From: Candidatus Limnocylindria bacterium
GTDB taxonomy: Bacteria; Bacillota; Clostridia; Christensenellales; Aristaeellaceae
Length of the DNA stretch: 36,505 nucleotides
Direction: 5' to 3'
Assembly (NCBI GenBank): GCA_035463055.1
Contig: DATHTQ010000272.1
Location: forward strand, 1 to 36,505
Made by a program: the position numbers and the translations under genes. Within the stretch, counting starts at the first letter, position 1, and each line of letters opens with the position of its first letter. The notes beneath the pieces were generated by a model, which was not told the DNA's origin, did no database searches, and saw nothing but the letters and a program-made list of their open reading frames with translations. Positions 10,287 to 18,724 of the stretch are shown in pieces.

Positions 10287-11309
10287 GTGAAGCGCGTCGT
10301 GGCCTTCGGCGAGATCATGCTGCGGCTCTCCCCGCCGGGGTACCTCAAGTTCATCCAGACGGACCAGCTGTGCGCCAACTACACGGGGGCGGAGGCGAAC
10401 GTCTGCGTGTCGCTGTGCAGCCTCGGCGACGCCGCGGAGTTCGTGACGCGCGTGCCGGACAGCGACATCTCGCGCGCCGCGCTGTCGTGGCTGCGCAAGT
10501 ACGGCGTCATGCTCGACCACGTCGCGTACGGCGGGGAGCGGCTGGGCGTGTACTACCTGGAGCGGGGGGCTTCGCAGCGGCCCAGCAAGGTCACCTATGA
10601 CCGGAAATACTCCTCCATCTCCGCGGCGTCCGGGGACGCGTTCGACTGGGAGAACATCCTTGCGGGCGCCGGGTGGTTCCACTTCACGGGCATCACCGCC
10701 GCGCTCTCCCCCGCGATGCCCGGCATCCTGCGCCGTGCGTGCCTCGCGGCGCGGGGCATGGGCATCCCGGTGAGCTGCGACCTCAACTACCGCAAGAACC
10801 TCTGGACGGGCGAACAGGCTGCGGCGGTCATGCGGGAGCTGGTGACGCTGTGCGACGTTGTCGTGGGGAACGAGGAGGACGCCGAGAAGTGCCTGGGCAT
10901 CGTCCCGGACGGCAGCGACGTGGTTTCCGGGAAGCTGGACATCAGGGGGTATGAGAAGGCCGCCGCGCGCATATGCGGGGAGTTCGGCGTGAAAACCGTC
11001 GCCTTCACGCTGCGCACGAGCCGCTCCGCCTCGGACAACACCTGGGCGGGCATGCTGTCCGACGGCAAGCGGGCCTACCTCTCCCGCAGCTACGACATCC
11101 ACCTCGTGGACCGCGTGGGCGGGGGCGACAGCTTCTCCGCAGGGCTCATCCACGCGCTGATGCACGGGAGGGACCCGCAGTACGCCATCGAGTTCGCCGC
11201 GGCGCTGTCCTGCCTCAAGCAGACCATGGAGTACGACTTCAGCCTCTCCAGTGTGGAAGATGTGGAGCGTTTGATGGCGGGCGACGGCTCAGGGCGCGTG
11301 CAGCGGTAG
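10287..11309 (+). CDS. kdgK: 2-dehydro-3-deoxygluconokinase (PfkB family)
   Basis: 340 aa with FGEIMLRLSPPG, GAEANV, and GGGDSFSAGLIHAL near the C-terminus. GTG start lies 4 nt after the eda stop. Confidence 0.8.
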   Translation: MKRVVAFGEIMLRLSPPGYLKFIQTDQLCANYTGAEANVCVSLCSLGDAAEFVTRVPDSDISRAALSWLRKYGVMLDHVAYGGERLGVYYLERGASQRPSKVTYDRKYSSISAASGDAFDWENILAGAGWFHFTGITAALSPAMPGILRRACLAARGMGIPVSCDLNYRKNLWTGEQAAAVMRELVTLCDVVVGNEEDAEKCLGIVPDGSDVVSGKLDIRGYEKAAARICGEFGVKTVAFTLRTSRSASDNTWAGMLSDGKRAYLSRSYDIHLVDRVGGGDSFSAGLIHALMHGRDPQYAIEFAAALSCLKQTMEYDFSLSSVEDVERLMAGDGSGRVQR

Positions 11310-11350
11310 GGCGGCCGGGGTTGCATAACACTTAAGGAAAGGAAGCGCAT

Positions 11351-12157
11351 ATGCTGCTGGGCTGTTTCGGCAGGGCGGACCAAATGGACCTTGTCCGGCG
11401 CGCCGGGTTCGGCGCGATGGAGCTGGACATCATGGAGCTGTCGCGCATGGACGGCCCGGCGTTCGATTCCTTCGCGAAGGCGTGCGCCGCGAGCGGGCTG
11501 CGGTTCGAGGCGTTCTCGGGCTTCATGCCGCTGACCGAGCGCATCCACGACGCGGGCTTCGACATGCCGCGCTGGCTGGAGCACGCCAAGGCGATGGGCG
11601 GGAGGACGGCGCGCCTGGGCGCGCGGGTCTGGCCGATGGGGGCGGGGAAGTGCCGCAGCATCCCGGAGGGGGCGGACCCGCAGGCCGCGGGCCAGAAGGT
11701 CGTCGAATTCTTCGGCGGCATCTGCGACGCCGTCCGGGAGTACGGCATCACCGTCGCCATCGAGCCGCTGGGGCCCGCCAACTCCAACCACATCCGGCGC
11801 ATCGCCGAGGCGGCGGACACCGCGCGCCGGATCGGGGCCAAAAACTGCCGGGCCATGTGCGACCTGCGCCACATGGCCAGCGTGGGCGAGCCGCTGGGCG
11901 AGATATCACGGCACGCGGAATGGATCGCCCATGCGCACGTGGACTACCCCTTCGGCGCGCTGCGGCTTTTCCCCAGGGACGGGGACGGGTTCGACTACGG
12001 GCCTTACGTCGCCGTGCTGCTGGGGGCGGGCATCCCCTCCCTCGCGGTAGAGGCGACGGCCTGGGGCGATTTCCTGGAGGACGCTTCCGCGTCCGCCGCG
12101 CTGCTGCGGCGCCTGCTGGCGGAGGGGGAAGCCGCCCGTACACAGGCGGAACAATGA
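11351..12157 (+). CDS. sugar phosphate isomerase/epimerase (xylose isomerase-like TIM barrel), copy 1
   Basis: 268 aa with FGAMELD, ITVAIEPL and HAHVDYP-type metal-ligand contexts. AAGGAAAGGAAG lies upstream of the ATG. Confidence 0.7.
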   Translation: MLLGCFGRADQMDLVRRAGFGAMELDIMELSRMDGPAFDSFAKACAASGLRFEAFSGFMPLTERIHDAGFDMPRWLEHAKAMGGRTARLGARVWPMGAGKCRSIPEGADPQAAGQKVVEFFGGICDAVREYGITVAIEPLGPANSNHIRRIAEAADTARRIGAKNCRAMCDLRHMASVGEPLGEISRHAEWIAHAHVDYPFGALRLFPRDGDGFDYGPYVAVLLGAGIPSLAVEATAWGDFLEDASASAALLRRLLAEGEAARTQAEQ

Positions 12158-12204
12158 CGCCGGGCAGAATGACGCAGCCGATGCCGTTTCCGGCGCGAAA
12201 CGTG

Positions 12205-12234
12205 TTTACAAAGGCCAGGTAAGAATGTTAGGAT
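12205..12234 (+). promoter_or_regulatory. possible internal promoter ahead of binding-protein gene 1
   Basis: TTTACA-N18-TAGGAT, the same architecture as the eda promoter. Confidence 0.3.
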
Positions 12235-12299
12235 GTTTGCGAAAGCGGCCGTTGGTGAACGGGCGCGGGCAAACTCAATATACTTGTGGAGGTATGGGC

Positions 12300-13457
12300 A
12301 TGAAAAAGGCACTCGCGCTGCTGCTCCTGGTGACGTTGTGTATCGCGTTCCTCCCCTCATCCCTGGCCGAACAGGGCCCCATCATCATCGGCGGCATCAC
12401 GGACCTGACCGGCCCCGGTTCCGTCCTGGGCAAGGCGTGCGACAACGGCTGGAAGCTCGCCGTGGAGCACATCAACGCCCAGGGCGGCGTGCTGGGGCGG
12501 CAGCTGAAGCTGGTCAGCTACGACACCCAGAGCAACCCCCAGGAAGCCCTCGCCGCGTTTGAGCGGCTGGTCAACGTGGACAAGGCCTCCATCGTCGTGG
12601 GCCCCCCGTTCTCCAACATCGGCCTGGCGCTCGCGGACACCGTGGACGAGCTCAAGGTCGCCTTCTTCGGCCAGTTCGGCGACCCGCGCTGCATGCTCGG
12701 CGAGAACCTGGATTCCCTGCACCCCTATATGTTCCTCGTGCAGCCCTCGGCCATCGACACCGGCATCCTCTCCGGCGCGTACCCCAACGAGAAGTTCGGC
12801 CTGACCAAGGTCGCCATGCTCATCGCGCAGGACCACGCCTACTGCTCGACCCAGGCGAAGGCCTTCATGCAGTACGCGAAGGACAACGGCATCGAGATCA
12901 CGACCGTGCAGTACTGCACCACCAAGGACACCGACCTGACCGTGCAGCTGACCGCCATCAAGAACAGCGGCGCCCAGTACCTGTTCAACGCCCTGAACAC
13001 CAACGTGCTGGCCATCTCGGTCATGCAGATGCACCAGATGGGCATCGACCCGCTGCAGTGCGGCAGCCTCGACTTCAGCAATCCCTTCAACACCCTCATC
13101 GACCCGCCGGAGGCGGCCTCCAACATCTACTTCCCGGTCAACCTGGACATGGGCGCCCCCGAGATCGCCGACATCACCGCGGAGTACACCGCGAAGTTCG
13201 GCGCGCCGCCCACGCCCAAGTCCTGGATCGCCTATGACACCGTGACCGTCTCCGCCGCCGCCATCGCCAAGGCCGGCTCCGCGGACCCGGTCGCCATCCG
13301 CGACGCGCTGGAGACCATCAGCGGCGTGGACACCCTGATCACGGACAACTTCTCCATCAACCCCGAGACCCATATGCCCCTGAACCTGCAGATGTGCATC
13401 TACAACCTGGAGAAGGGCGTCTACACGAACCTGGGCTGGTACTACCCGGCCAACTGA
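12300..13457 (+). CDS. ABC transporter substrate-binding protein, LivJ/PBP type-1 family (system 1)
   Basis: Signal peptide MKKALALLLLVTLCIAFLPSSLA, then IIIGGITDLTGPGS, AVEHINAQGGVLGRQLKLVSYDTQSNP, VGPPFS. ATG 12300 lies 7 nt after GGAGG (12288-12292). Confidence 0.85.
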   Translation: MKKALALLLLVTLCIAFLPSSLAEQGPIIIGGITDLTGPGSVLGKACDNGWKLAVEHINAQGGVLGRQLKLVSYDTQSNPQEALAAFERLVNVDKASIVVGPPFSNIGLALADTVDELKVAFFGQFGDPRCMLGENLDSLHPYMFLVQPSAIDTGILSGAYPNEKFGLTKVAMLIAQDHAYCSTQAKAFMQYAKDNGIEITTVQYCTTKDTDLTVQLTAIKNSGAQYLFNALNTNVLAISVMQMHQMGIDPLQCGSLDFSNPFNTLIDPPEAASNIYFPVNLDMGAPEIADITAEYTAKFGAPPTPKSWIAYDTVTVSAAAIAKAGSADPVAIRDALETISGVDTLITDNFSINPETHMPLNLQMCIYNLEKGVYTNLGWYYPAN

Positions 13458-13475
13458 CCCCTGCCCAGAACGCGC

Positions 13476-13498
13476 GCCCCCGCCATGGCGGCGGGGGC
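13476..13498 (+). other. perfect 9-bp GC hairpin just after binding-protein gene 1 (no U-tract)
   Basis: GCCCCCGCC (13476-13484), loop ATGGC, GGCGGGGGC (13490-13498). It sits in the only large gap (120 nt) of transporter 1. Confidence 0.5.
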
Positions 13499-13577
13499 CG
13501 CGTTCACCCTTCGCCGTGGGGCGTCCCGACATCCGGGGCTGCCCCGCGGCGCGCCATATCCCCGTTGCGAGGTGCGG

Positions 13578-14465
13578 ATGGACCCTTCCTATTATGCGCA
13601 GCTGGTGATCGCCGGGGTCTCCAACGGCGCGATGTACGCGGTCATCGCGGCCGGCTGGGCGCTGATCTTCAGCGTCCTCAAGTTCTCCAACTTCGCCCAC
13701 GGCGGCACCATGGTGGTCAGCGCGTACGTCGGCATGTTCGTCTCCCGGGCGCTGCGGCTCAACCTGTGGGAGACGCTGCTGGTCGCCGCCGCCTGCGGGG
13801 GGCTGGTCAACTCCGTCGTCGAGGTCGTCAGCTTCCACCGGCTGCGCAAGTCCGTGAAGCCGGTCACGCTGTTCTTCGTGTCCTCCATCACGATGGGGAT
13901 GCTGCTGCAGAACATCGTGGCCATCAACTTCAGCGGCACCTACTACGCCTACCCGAGCTTCTTCCCCAACCGGTTCCGCACCTACGGCAGCGTCAGCTTC
14001 GACATCGCCAACGTGGCCATGCTCGCGGTGTCCGCCGTGGCCATCGGGCTGCTGGTCGTGGTCCTCAGGCGCACGCGCACCGGCATCTCCATCCGGGCGA
14101 TGTCCATGGACCCGAGGACCACCAGCCTCATGGGGGTCAACGTGGACCGCGTCGTGCTGACGACGTTCTTCGTCGCGGGCGCGCTCGCGGGCATCGCGGG
14201 GGTGTTCGTGGGCATCCGGACGAGCCTGACCCCGCAGATCGGCAGCCTGTACACCATCAAGGGCTTCATGGTGTGCGTGATCGGCGGCCTGGGGAGCCTC
14301 AACGGCGCGCTGTACGCCGCCATCCTCCTGGGGCTCGTGGAGACGGCCGTGGGCGCGCTGATCGGGACGAGCCTCGCGCCCGTGGGCACGTTCCTGTTCA
14401 TGCTGGTGTTCCTCACGCTGCGGCCCAGCGGCCTGGCCGGCGTGTTCGCCGGCGAGAAAGCGTAA
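13578..14465 (+). CDS. livH: branched-chain-amino-acid-type ABC permease (LivH family), system 1
   Basis: MDPSYYAQLVIAGVSNGAMYAVIAAGWALIF..FSNFAHGG; multiple TM segments. ATG follows GAGGTG. Confidence 0.85.
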   Translation: MDPSYYAQLVIAGVSNGAMYAVIAAGWALIFSVLKFSNFAHGGTMVVSAYVGMFVSRALRLNLWETLLVAAACGGLVNSVVEVVSFHRLRKSVKPVTLFFVSSITMGMLLQNIVAINFSGTYYAYPSFFPNRFRTYGSVSFDIANVAMLAVSAVAIGLLVVVLRRTRTGISIRAMSMDPRTTSLMGVNVDRVVLTTFFVAGALAGIAGVFVGIRTSLTPQIGSLYTIKGFMVCVIGGLGSLNGALYAAILLGLVETAVGALIGTSLAPVGTFLFMLVFLTLRPSGLAGVFAGEKA

Positions 14466-14474
14466 GGCCGCGCG

Positions 14475-15401
14475 ATGACAGCAGCGTATTTCGGCTATAT
14501 CACCAACTTCCTCATCCGCAACGTCCTCATCATCCTCATCGGGATGCTCGGCGTCTACGTGCTCACCGGGCTCACCGGGATGTTCTCCATGGGGCAGGCG
14601 TCGTTCATGGCCGTGGGCGGGTACACGACGGCCATCCTCACGAAATACTACCAGCTCCCCTTCTACGTCACCCTGCCCGCCGCCGTGCTCGTCGGCGCGC
14701 TGGTTGGCTTCCTCATCGGCATCCCGGCGGTCCGGCTGCGGAAGGACTACGTGGCCATCGTCAGCCTTGGGTTCGGGGAGGCGCTGGTCGCCTTTTTGGA
14801 CAACGCGTCCAGCGTCACCGGCGGCGCGCTGGGGCTGACCGCCATCCCCCGGTACATCGAGAAATGGATGATCATAGCCGCGCTCGTGCTGGTCATCGCG
14901 TTCATCTGGAACTTCAAGAAGTCCCGGTTCGGGCGCCAGTGCCTCGCCGTCAAGGCGGACGAGCTCGCGGCCGCGTCCATGGGCATCCACGTCGCCCGCA
15001 TCAAGCTGGTCGTGTTCACGCTGGCCGGCTCCATCTCCGCGCTGGCCGGATACCTGTACGTGCACACGCTGGGGTACCTCGACTCCGCGTCCTTCGGGTG
15101 GACCCAGTCGTCCATGTGGATCATCATCGTGTTCTTCGGGGGCATCAACAGCCTCACCGGGGCCATCTTCGCGGGGATCCTGCTGAACCTCATCCCCGAG
15201 GTCTTCCGGTTCTCCAACGAGATGCGCGTCATCATCTACTGCCTCGTGGTGCTGTTCATCGTCAATTTCCGGCCGCAGGGGCTGTTCGGGGACGTGGAGC
15301 TGGACCTGCCCACGCTGAGGAAAATCGGCCGCCGGCTGGCGCGGCCGGTCGCGGGGCTCCTCGGAAGGCCGAAGGCGGGGGGCGCGGAACATGCTGATTG
15401 A
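14475..15401 (+). CDS. livM: branched-chain-amino-acid-type ABC permease (LivM family), system 1
   Basis: 308 aa with GMFSMGQASFMAVGGYTTAIL; a polytopic hydrophobic protein. Confidence 0.85.
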   Translation: MTAAYFGYITNFLIRNVLIILIGMLGVYVLTGLTGMFSMGQASFMAVGGYTTAILTKYYQLPFYVTLPAAVLVGALVGFLIGIPAVRLRKDYVAIVSLGFGEALVAFLDNASSVTGGALGLTAIPRYIEKWMIIAALVLVIAFIWNFKKSRFGRQCLAVKADELAAASMGIHVARIKLVVFTLAGSISALAGYLYVHTLGYLDSASFGWTQSSMWIIIVFFGGINSLTGAIFAGILLNLIPEVFRFSNEMRVIIYCLVVLFIVNFRPQGLFGDVELDLPTLRKIGRRLARPVAGLLGRPKAGGAEHAD

Positions 15402-16161
15402 CATCCAGGGCGTTTCCAAGAACTTCGGGGGCGTCGCGGCGGTCAGCGGCGTCTCGCTGCAGGCCGACGCACACGGCATCGTCTCCCTCATCGGGCCCAA
15501 CGGCGCGGGGAAGACCACGCTGTTCAACCTCATCTCCGGCATCTACCGGCCGGACGCCGGGAAGATATTGTTCGGCGGCACGCCCATCCAGGGCCGGCCG
15601 CAGCACGCCATCGCGCGCATGGGCGTCTCCAGGACGTTCCAGAACATCCGGCTGTTCCGGGGGCTGACGGTCATCGAGAACGTCATGACCGCCCTGGACG
15701 CGCTCTCCGGGTACCCGCTGCCCTCCGCCATGCTGTCCCTGCCTGGCAAGAGGAAGGCGGAGAGGGAGAACCGGCGGCTCGCCATGGAAGCGCTGGAAAC
15801 GGTGGGGATGGAAGGCTTCGCGGACCAGCAGCCGCCGGAGCTCCCCTACGGGCTGCAGCGGCGCGCGGAGCTTGCGCGCGCGATCGTCAGCCGGCCCAAG
15901 CTGCTGATGCTGGACGAGCCCGCCGCCGGGCTGAACCCCAGCGAGGTGGTCGGCTTCATCCGGCTCATCGGGCAGCTGCGGGACCGCTTCGGGTTCGGCA
16001 TCCTCATCATCGAGCACCGGATGCAGGTGGTCAACGAGCTCTCCGACCGGGTGTACGTCATCAACTTCGGCAGGATGCTGGCGCAGGGGACGCCGAGGGA
16101 AATCCGTGACGACCAGGACGTCATCAAGGCGTACCTGGGGGAAGTGGAAGAGAGTGCTTGA
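15391..16161 (+). CDS. livG: ABC transporter ATP-binding protein (LivG family), system 1
   Basis: Walker A GPNGAGKTT, signature LPYGLQRR, Walker B LLMLDEPAAG. Overlaps livM by 11 nt. Confidence 0.9.
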   Translation: MLIDIQGVSKNFGGVAAVSGVSLQADAHGIVSLIGPNGAGKTTLFNLISGIYRPDAGKILFGGTPIQGRPQHAIARMGVSRTFQNIRLFRGLTVIENVMTALDALSGYPLPSAMLSLPGKRKAERENRRLAMEALETVGMEGFADQQPPELPYGLQRRAELARAIVSRPKLLMLDEPAAGLNPSEVVGFIRLIGQLRDRFGFGILIIEHRMQVVNELSDRVYVINFGRMLAQGTPREIRDDQDVIKAYLGEVEESA

Positions 16162-16870
16162 GATCAGGGGCCTGAGCGTAAGCTACGACCACATCGACGC
16201 GCTGTCCGGCGTGTCCTTCAGCGTGCCGGACGGGGCCATCGTGTCCATCATCGGGTCCAACGGCGCGGGAAAGTCCACGCTCATCAACACGATATCGGGG
16301 CTGGTGCGCAGGAAGGCCGGGGACATCCTGCTGGACGGGAAGCCCCTCCCCGCGTCGCCCCACCGCATCGTCAGGAAGGGCATCGTCCAGGTGCCGGAGG
16401 GCCGGAAGGTGTTCGCGAACCTGACGGTCCGCGAGAACCTGGTCATGGGCGGCGCCCGCGTCCCGGCGGGCAAGGCCGCCAAGAAGATCGACGGGATGCT
16501 CGACCTGTTCCCCATCCTCGCGCAGCGCCGGGGGCAAATGGCGGGCACGCTGTCGGGAGGCGAGCAGCAGATGCTCGCCATCGCCCGGGGGCTGATGGCC
16601 GAGCCGCGCATCCTGCTGATGGACGAGCCCAGCCTGGGCCTCGCGCCCATCATCGTCCGCCAGGTGTTCGACACCATCGTGCAGATCAACCGCACCGGGG
16701 TGACGGTGCTGCTGGTCGAGCAGAACGCCAACCAGGCCATGGCCGTCTCGGGCTACACCTATGTGCTGGAGAACGGCCATATCGTGCGCCAGGGCGAGTC
16801 GGGGGCGCTGCGCGGCGACCGGCAGATCCGGGAGAACTACCTCGGGGTGCTGAAGGAGGAAAGCGCATGA
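16154..16870 (+). CDS. livF: ABC transporter ATP-binding protein (LivF family), system 1
   Basis: Walker A GSNGAGKST, signature LSGGEQQ, Walker B LLMDEPSLGL. GTG 16154 (VLEIRGLSVSY) is chosen as start; the track ORF opens at 16106. Confidence 0.85.
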   Translation: MLEIRGLSVSYDHIDALSGVSFSVPDGAIVSIIGSNGAGKSTLINTISGLVRRKAGDILLDGKPLPASPHRIVRKGIVQVPEGRKVFANLTVRENLVMGGARVPAGKAAKKIDGMLDLFPILAQRRGQMAGTLSGGEQQMLAIARGLMAEPRILLMDEPSLGLAPIIVRQVFDTIVQINRTGVTVLLVEQNANQAMAVSGYTYVLENGHIVRQGESGALRGDRQIRENYLGVLKEESA

Positions 16871-17814
16871 AGAAGGTCCGCGTCGGCGTCATCGGCACGG
16901 GGGCCATCGCCCAGGTCGCGCACTTCCCGGTGCTCGCCTCCCTGCCGGAGGTGGAGCTTGCCGCGGTGTACAGCCGCACCTACGAGCACGCGCTCGCCAG
17001 CGCGCAGCGCTACGGCGCGGAGAAGGCCTGCCGGACGTTCGGGGAGTTCCTGGACGCGGGCCTGGACTGCGCGGTCCTCCTGACCCCCAAGACCGTGCGC
17101 GCGGAATACCTGCCTGCCCTGCTGGAAAACGGGCTGGACGTGCTCTGCGAGAAGCCGCTCGCCACGACGCTCTCGGAATGCGGGTCGCTCGCGGACGCCG
17201 CCGAGAAATCCGGCCGCATCCTCATGGTCGCGTTCAACCGCCGCTTCGCGCTCGCCAACGCCAAGGCGCTGGAGGCGTTCGGGGGCAGGCGGCCGCACAT
17301 GGTCATCGCCAACAAGAGCAGGGAGTACAAGGAGTACCGCGGCACGCTGGAGAACGCCATCCACATGGTGGACTTCCTGCGCTACGCGCTGGGGGAGTGC
17401 GTGGAGGTGTCCGCGCGCTCCATCTTCACCGACCCCCTCATGGAGGACGCCTGCAGCGCCCTGCTGGGGTTCGAGGGGGGCGGCATCGGCCTGCTGGCCG
17501 CCTCGCGCGAGTCGGGCCAGTGGCGGGAGCAGATCGAGATGTACGGCGGCGGCGTCACCGCGGTCAGCGACAACCTGGACGCCTGCCGGGTCATCTATCC
17601 CGACCGTGAGGAAGCGTTCCATTTCACGCCGCTCAACAAGGGCTGGTGCACCGTGGTCAACCGCCTGGGGTTCGAGGGGTGCATCAAGCACTTCATCCAC
17701 TGTGTCCGGACCCGCGAGACGCCCGTCACCAACGCGCAGGACGCTTATAAGACACACGAACTCATGGACAGGATCCTCAGGGCCGCGGGCCTGCCGGACC
17801 TGTCCGGGAAATGA
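16867..17814 (+). CDS. Gfo/Idh/MocA family oxidoreductase
   Basis: N-terminal Rossmann VRVGVIGTGAIA and the EKP motif (LCEKPLA). ATGA overlap with livF. Confidence 0.8.
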   Translation: MKKVRVGVIGTGAIAQVAHFPVLASLPEVELAAVYSRTYEHALASAQRYGAEKACRTFGEFLDAGLDCAVLLTPKTVRAEYLPALLENGLDVLCEKPLATTLSECGSLADAAEKSGRILMVAFNRRFALANAKALEAFGGRRPHMVIANKSREYKEYRGTLENAIHMVDFLRYALGECVEVSARSIFTDPLMEDACSALLGFEGGGIGLLAASRESGQWREQIEMYGGGVTAVSDNLDACRVIYPDREEAFHFTPLNKGWCTVVNRLGFEGCIKHFIHCVRTRETPVTNAQDAYKTHELMDRILRAAGLPDLSGK

Positions 17815-17821
17815 GGCAAGC

Positions 17822-18724
17822 ATGATGCGACTGGCCGGCCACACCATGGGCACGCCCGAGTACACCCTGCACGGGGCGATGGACCTCTTCGCCGGGATGG
17901 GGCTGGAGGGCATCGAGGTCATCGTGCAGACCGACGGGTACCCCTGCGCCATCGCGCTGGACGCGGGCAAGCGGGACGTCGCCGCGATGCGCGCCGCCGC
18001 GGCGGACAGGGGCCTGGAGATCGCGGCGCTCACCCCCTACCTCAACCTCTTCAACGCGACGGACGAGGCCGTGCGGCAAAGGGAATGCGACGCCCTGAAG
18101 CGCGTCACCGACATGGCCGCCGAGGCCGGCGCCAAAAACATCCGCGTCTACGGCGGCAAGTTCGTGGACGGCGAGGACGACGCGCAGGGGCTGAAGCTGG
18201 ACGCGCTCGTCCGTTCGATGCGGGAGTGCGGGGACCACGCCGGGGCGTGCGGCGTCCGGCTCAACATGGAGAACCATTTCGGCACCATGACCACGACGGC
18301 GCGGGCGACCGCGGCCGTCGCGGCGCGCATCGCCCACCCCGCCGTCGGCATCCTCTACGACCAGGCCAACATCGCGTTCTTCCCGGCGGAGGAATACCCG
18401 GAAGCCATCCGCCTTCAGAAGGACTGGATCCATTACGTCCACTGCAAGGACCTCGTGTACCGCGGGGGGACGCCGCAGAAGCCCAGGTTCTCGCACGTCT
18501 CGCACGTGGACGAAGACGAGCGGACCGTCCATTCCCGCATCCCCGGCGAGGGCATCCTGGACTGGCCGGGCATCCTGCGGGCGCTGCACGCCGCCGGGTA
18601 CGGCGGGTGGGTGTCGCTGGAGTACGAGCGGCGCTGGCAGAAGGTGGACCTGCCGGACGCCTCCGTGGGCATGCGGCGGGCGGCGGAGCACATCCGCGGC
18701 ATTTTGGAAGAAATCTATGGATAA
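17822..18724 (+). CDS. sugar phosphate isomerase/epimerase (xylose isomerase-like TIM barrel), copy 2
   Basis: 300 aa from ATG 17822 (MMRLAGHTMG) with GLEGIEV, VRLNMENH, HCKD, SLEYE. The upstream part of track ORF 17606 overlaps the Gfo gene out of frame. Confidence 0.7.
   Translation: MMRLAGHTMGTPEYTLHGAMDLFAGMGLEGIEVIVQTDGYPCAIALDAGKRDVAAMRAAAADRGLEIAALTPYLNLFNATDEAVRQRECDALKRVTDMAAEAGAKNIRVYGGKFVDGEDDAQGLKLDALVRSMRECGDHAGACGVRLNMENHFGTMTTTARATAAVAARIAHPAVGILYDQANIAFFPAEEYPEAIRLQKDWIHYVHCKDLVYRGGTPQKPRFSHVSHVDEDERTVHSRIPGEGILDWPGILRALHAAGYGGWVSLEYERRWQKVDLPDASVGMRRAAEHIRGILEEIYG

Noticed and set aside
12357-15542. 1061-aa minus-strand ORF spanning the whole first Liv transporter
   Set aside because: It is antisense to four well-supported genes with clear family motifs. 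Its composition (runs of G, D, H, R, P, A) is typical of shadow ORFs in GC-rich DNA, where stop codons are rare. Its start is the mirror image of an ABC ATPase motif. No RBS.
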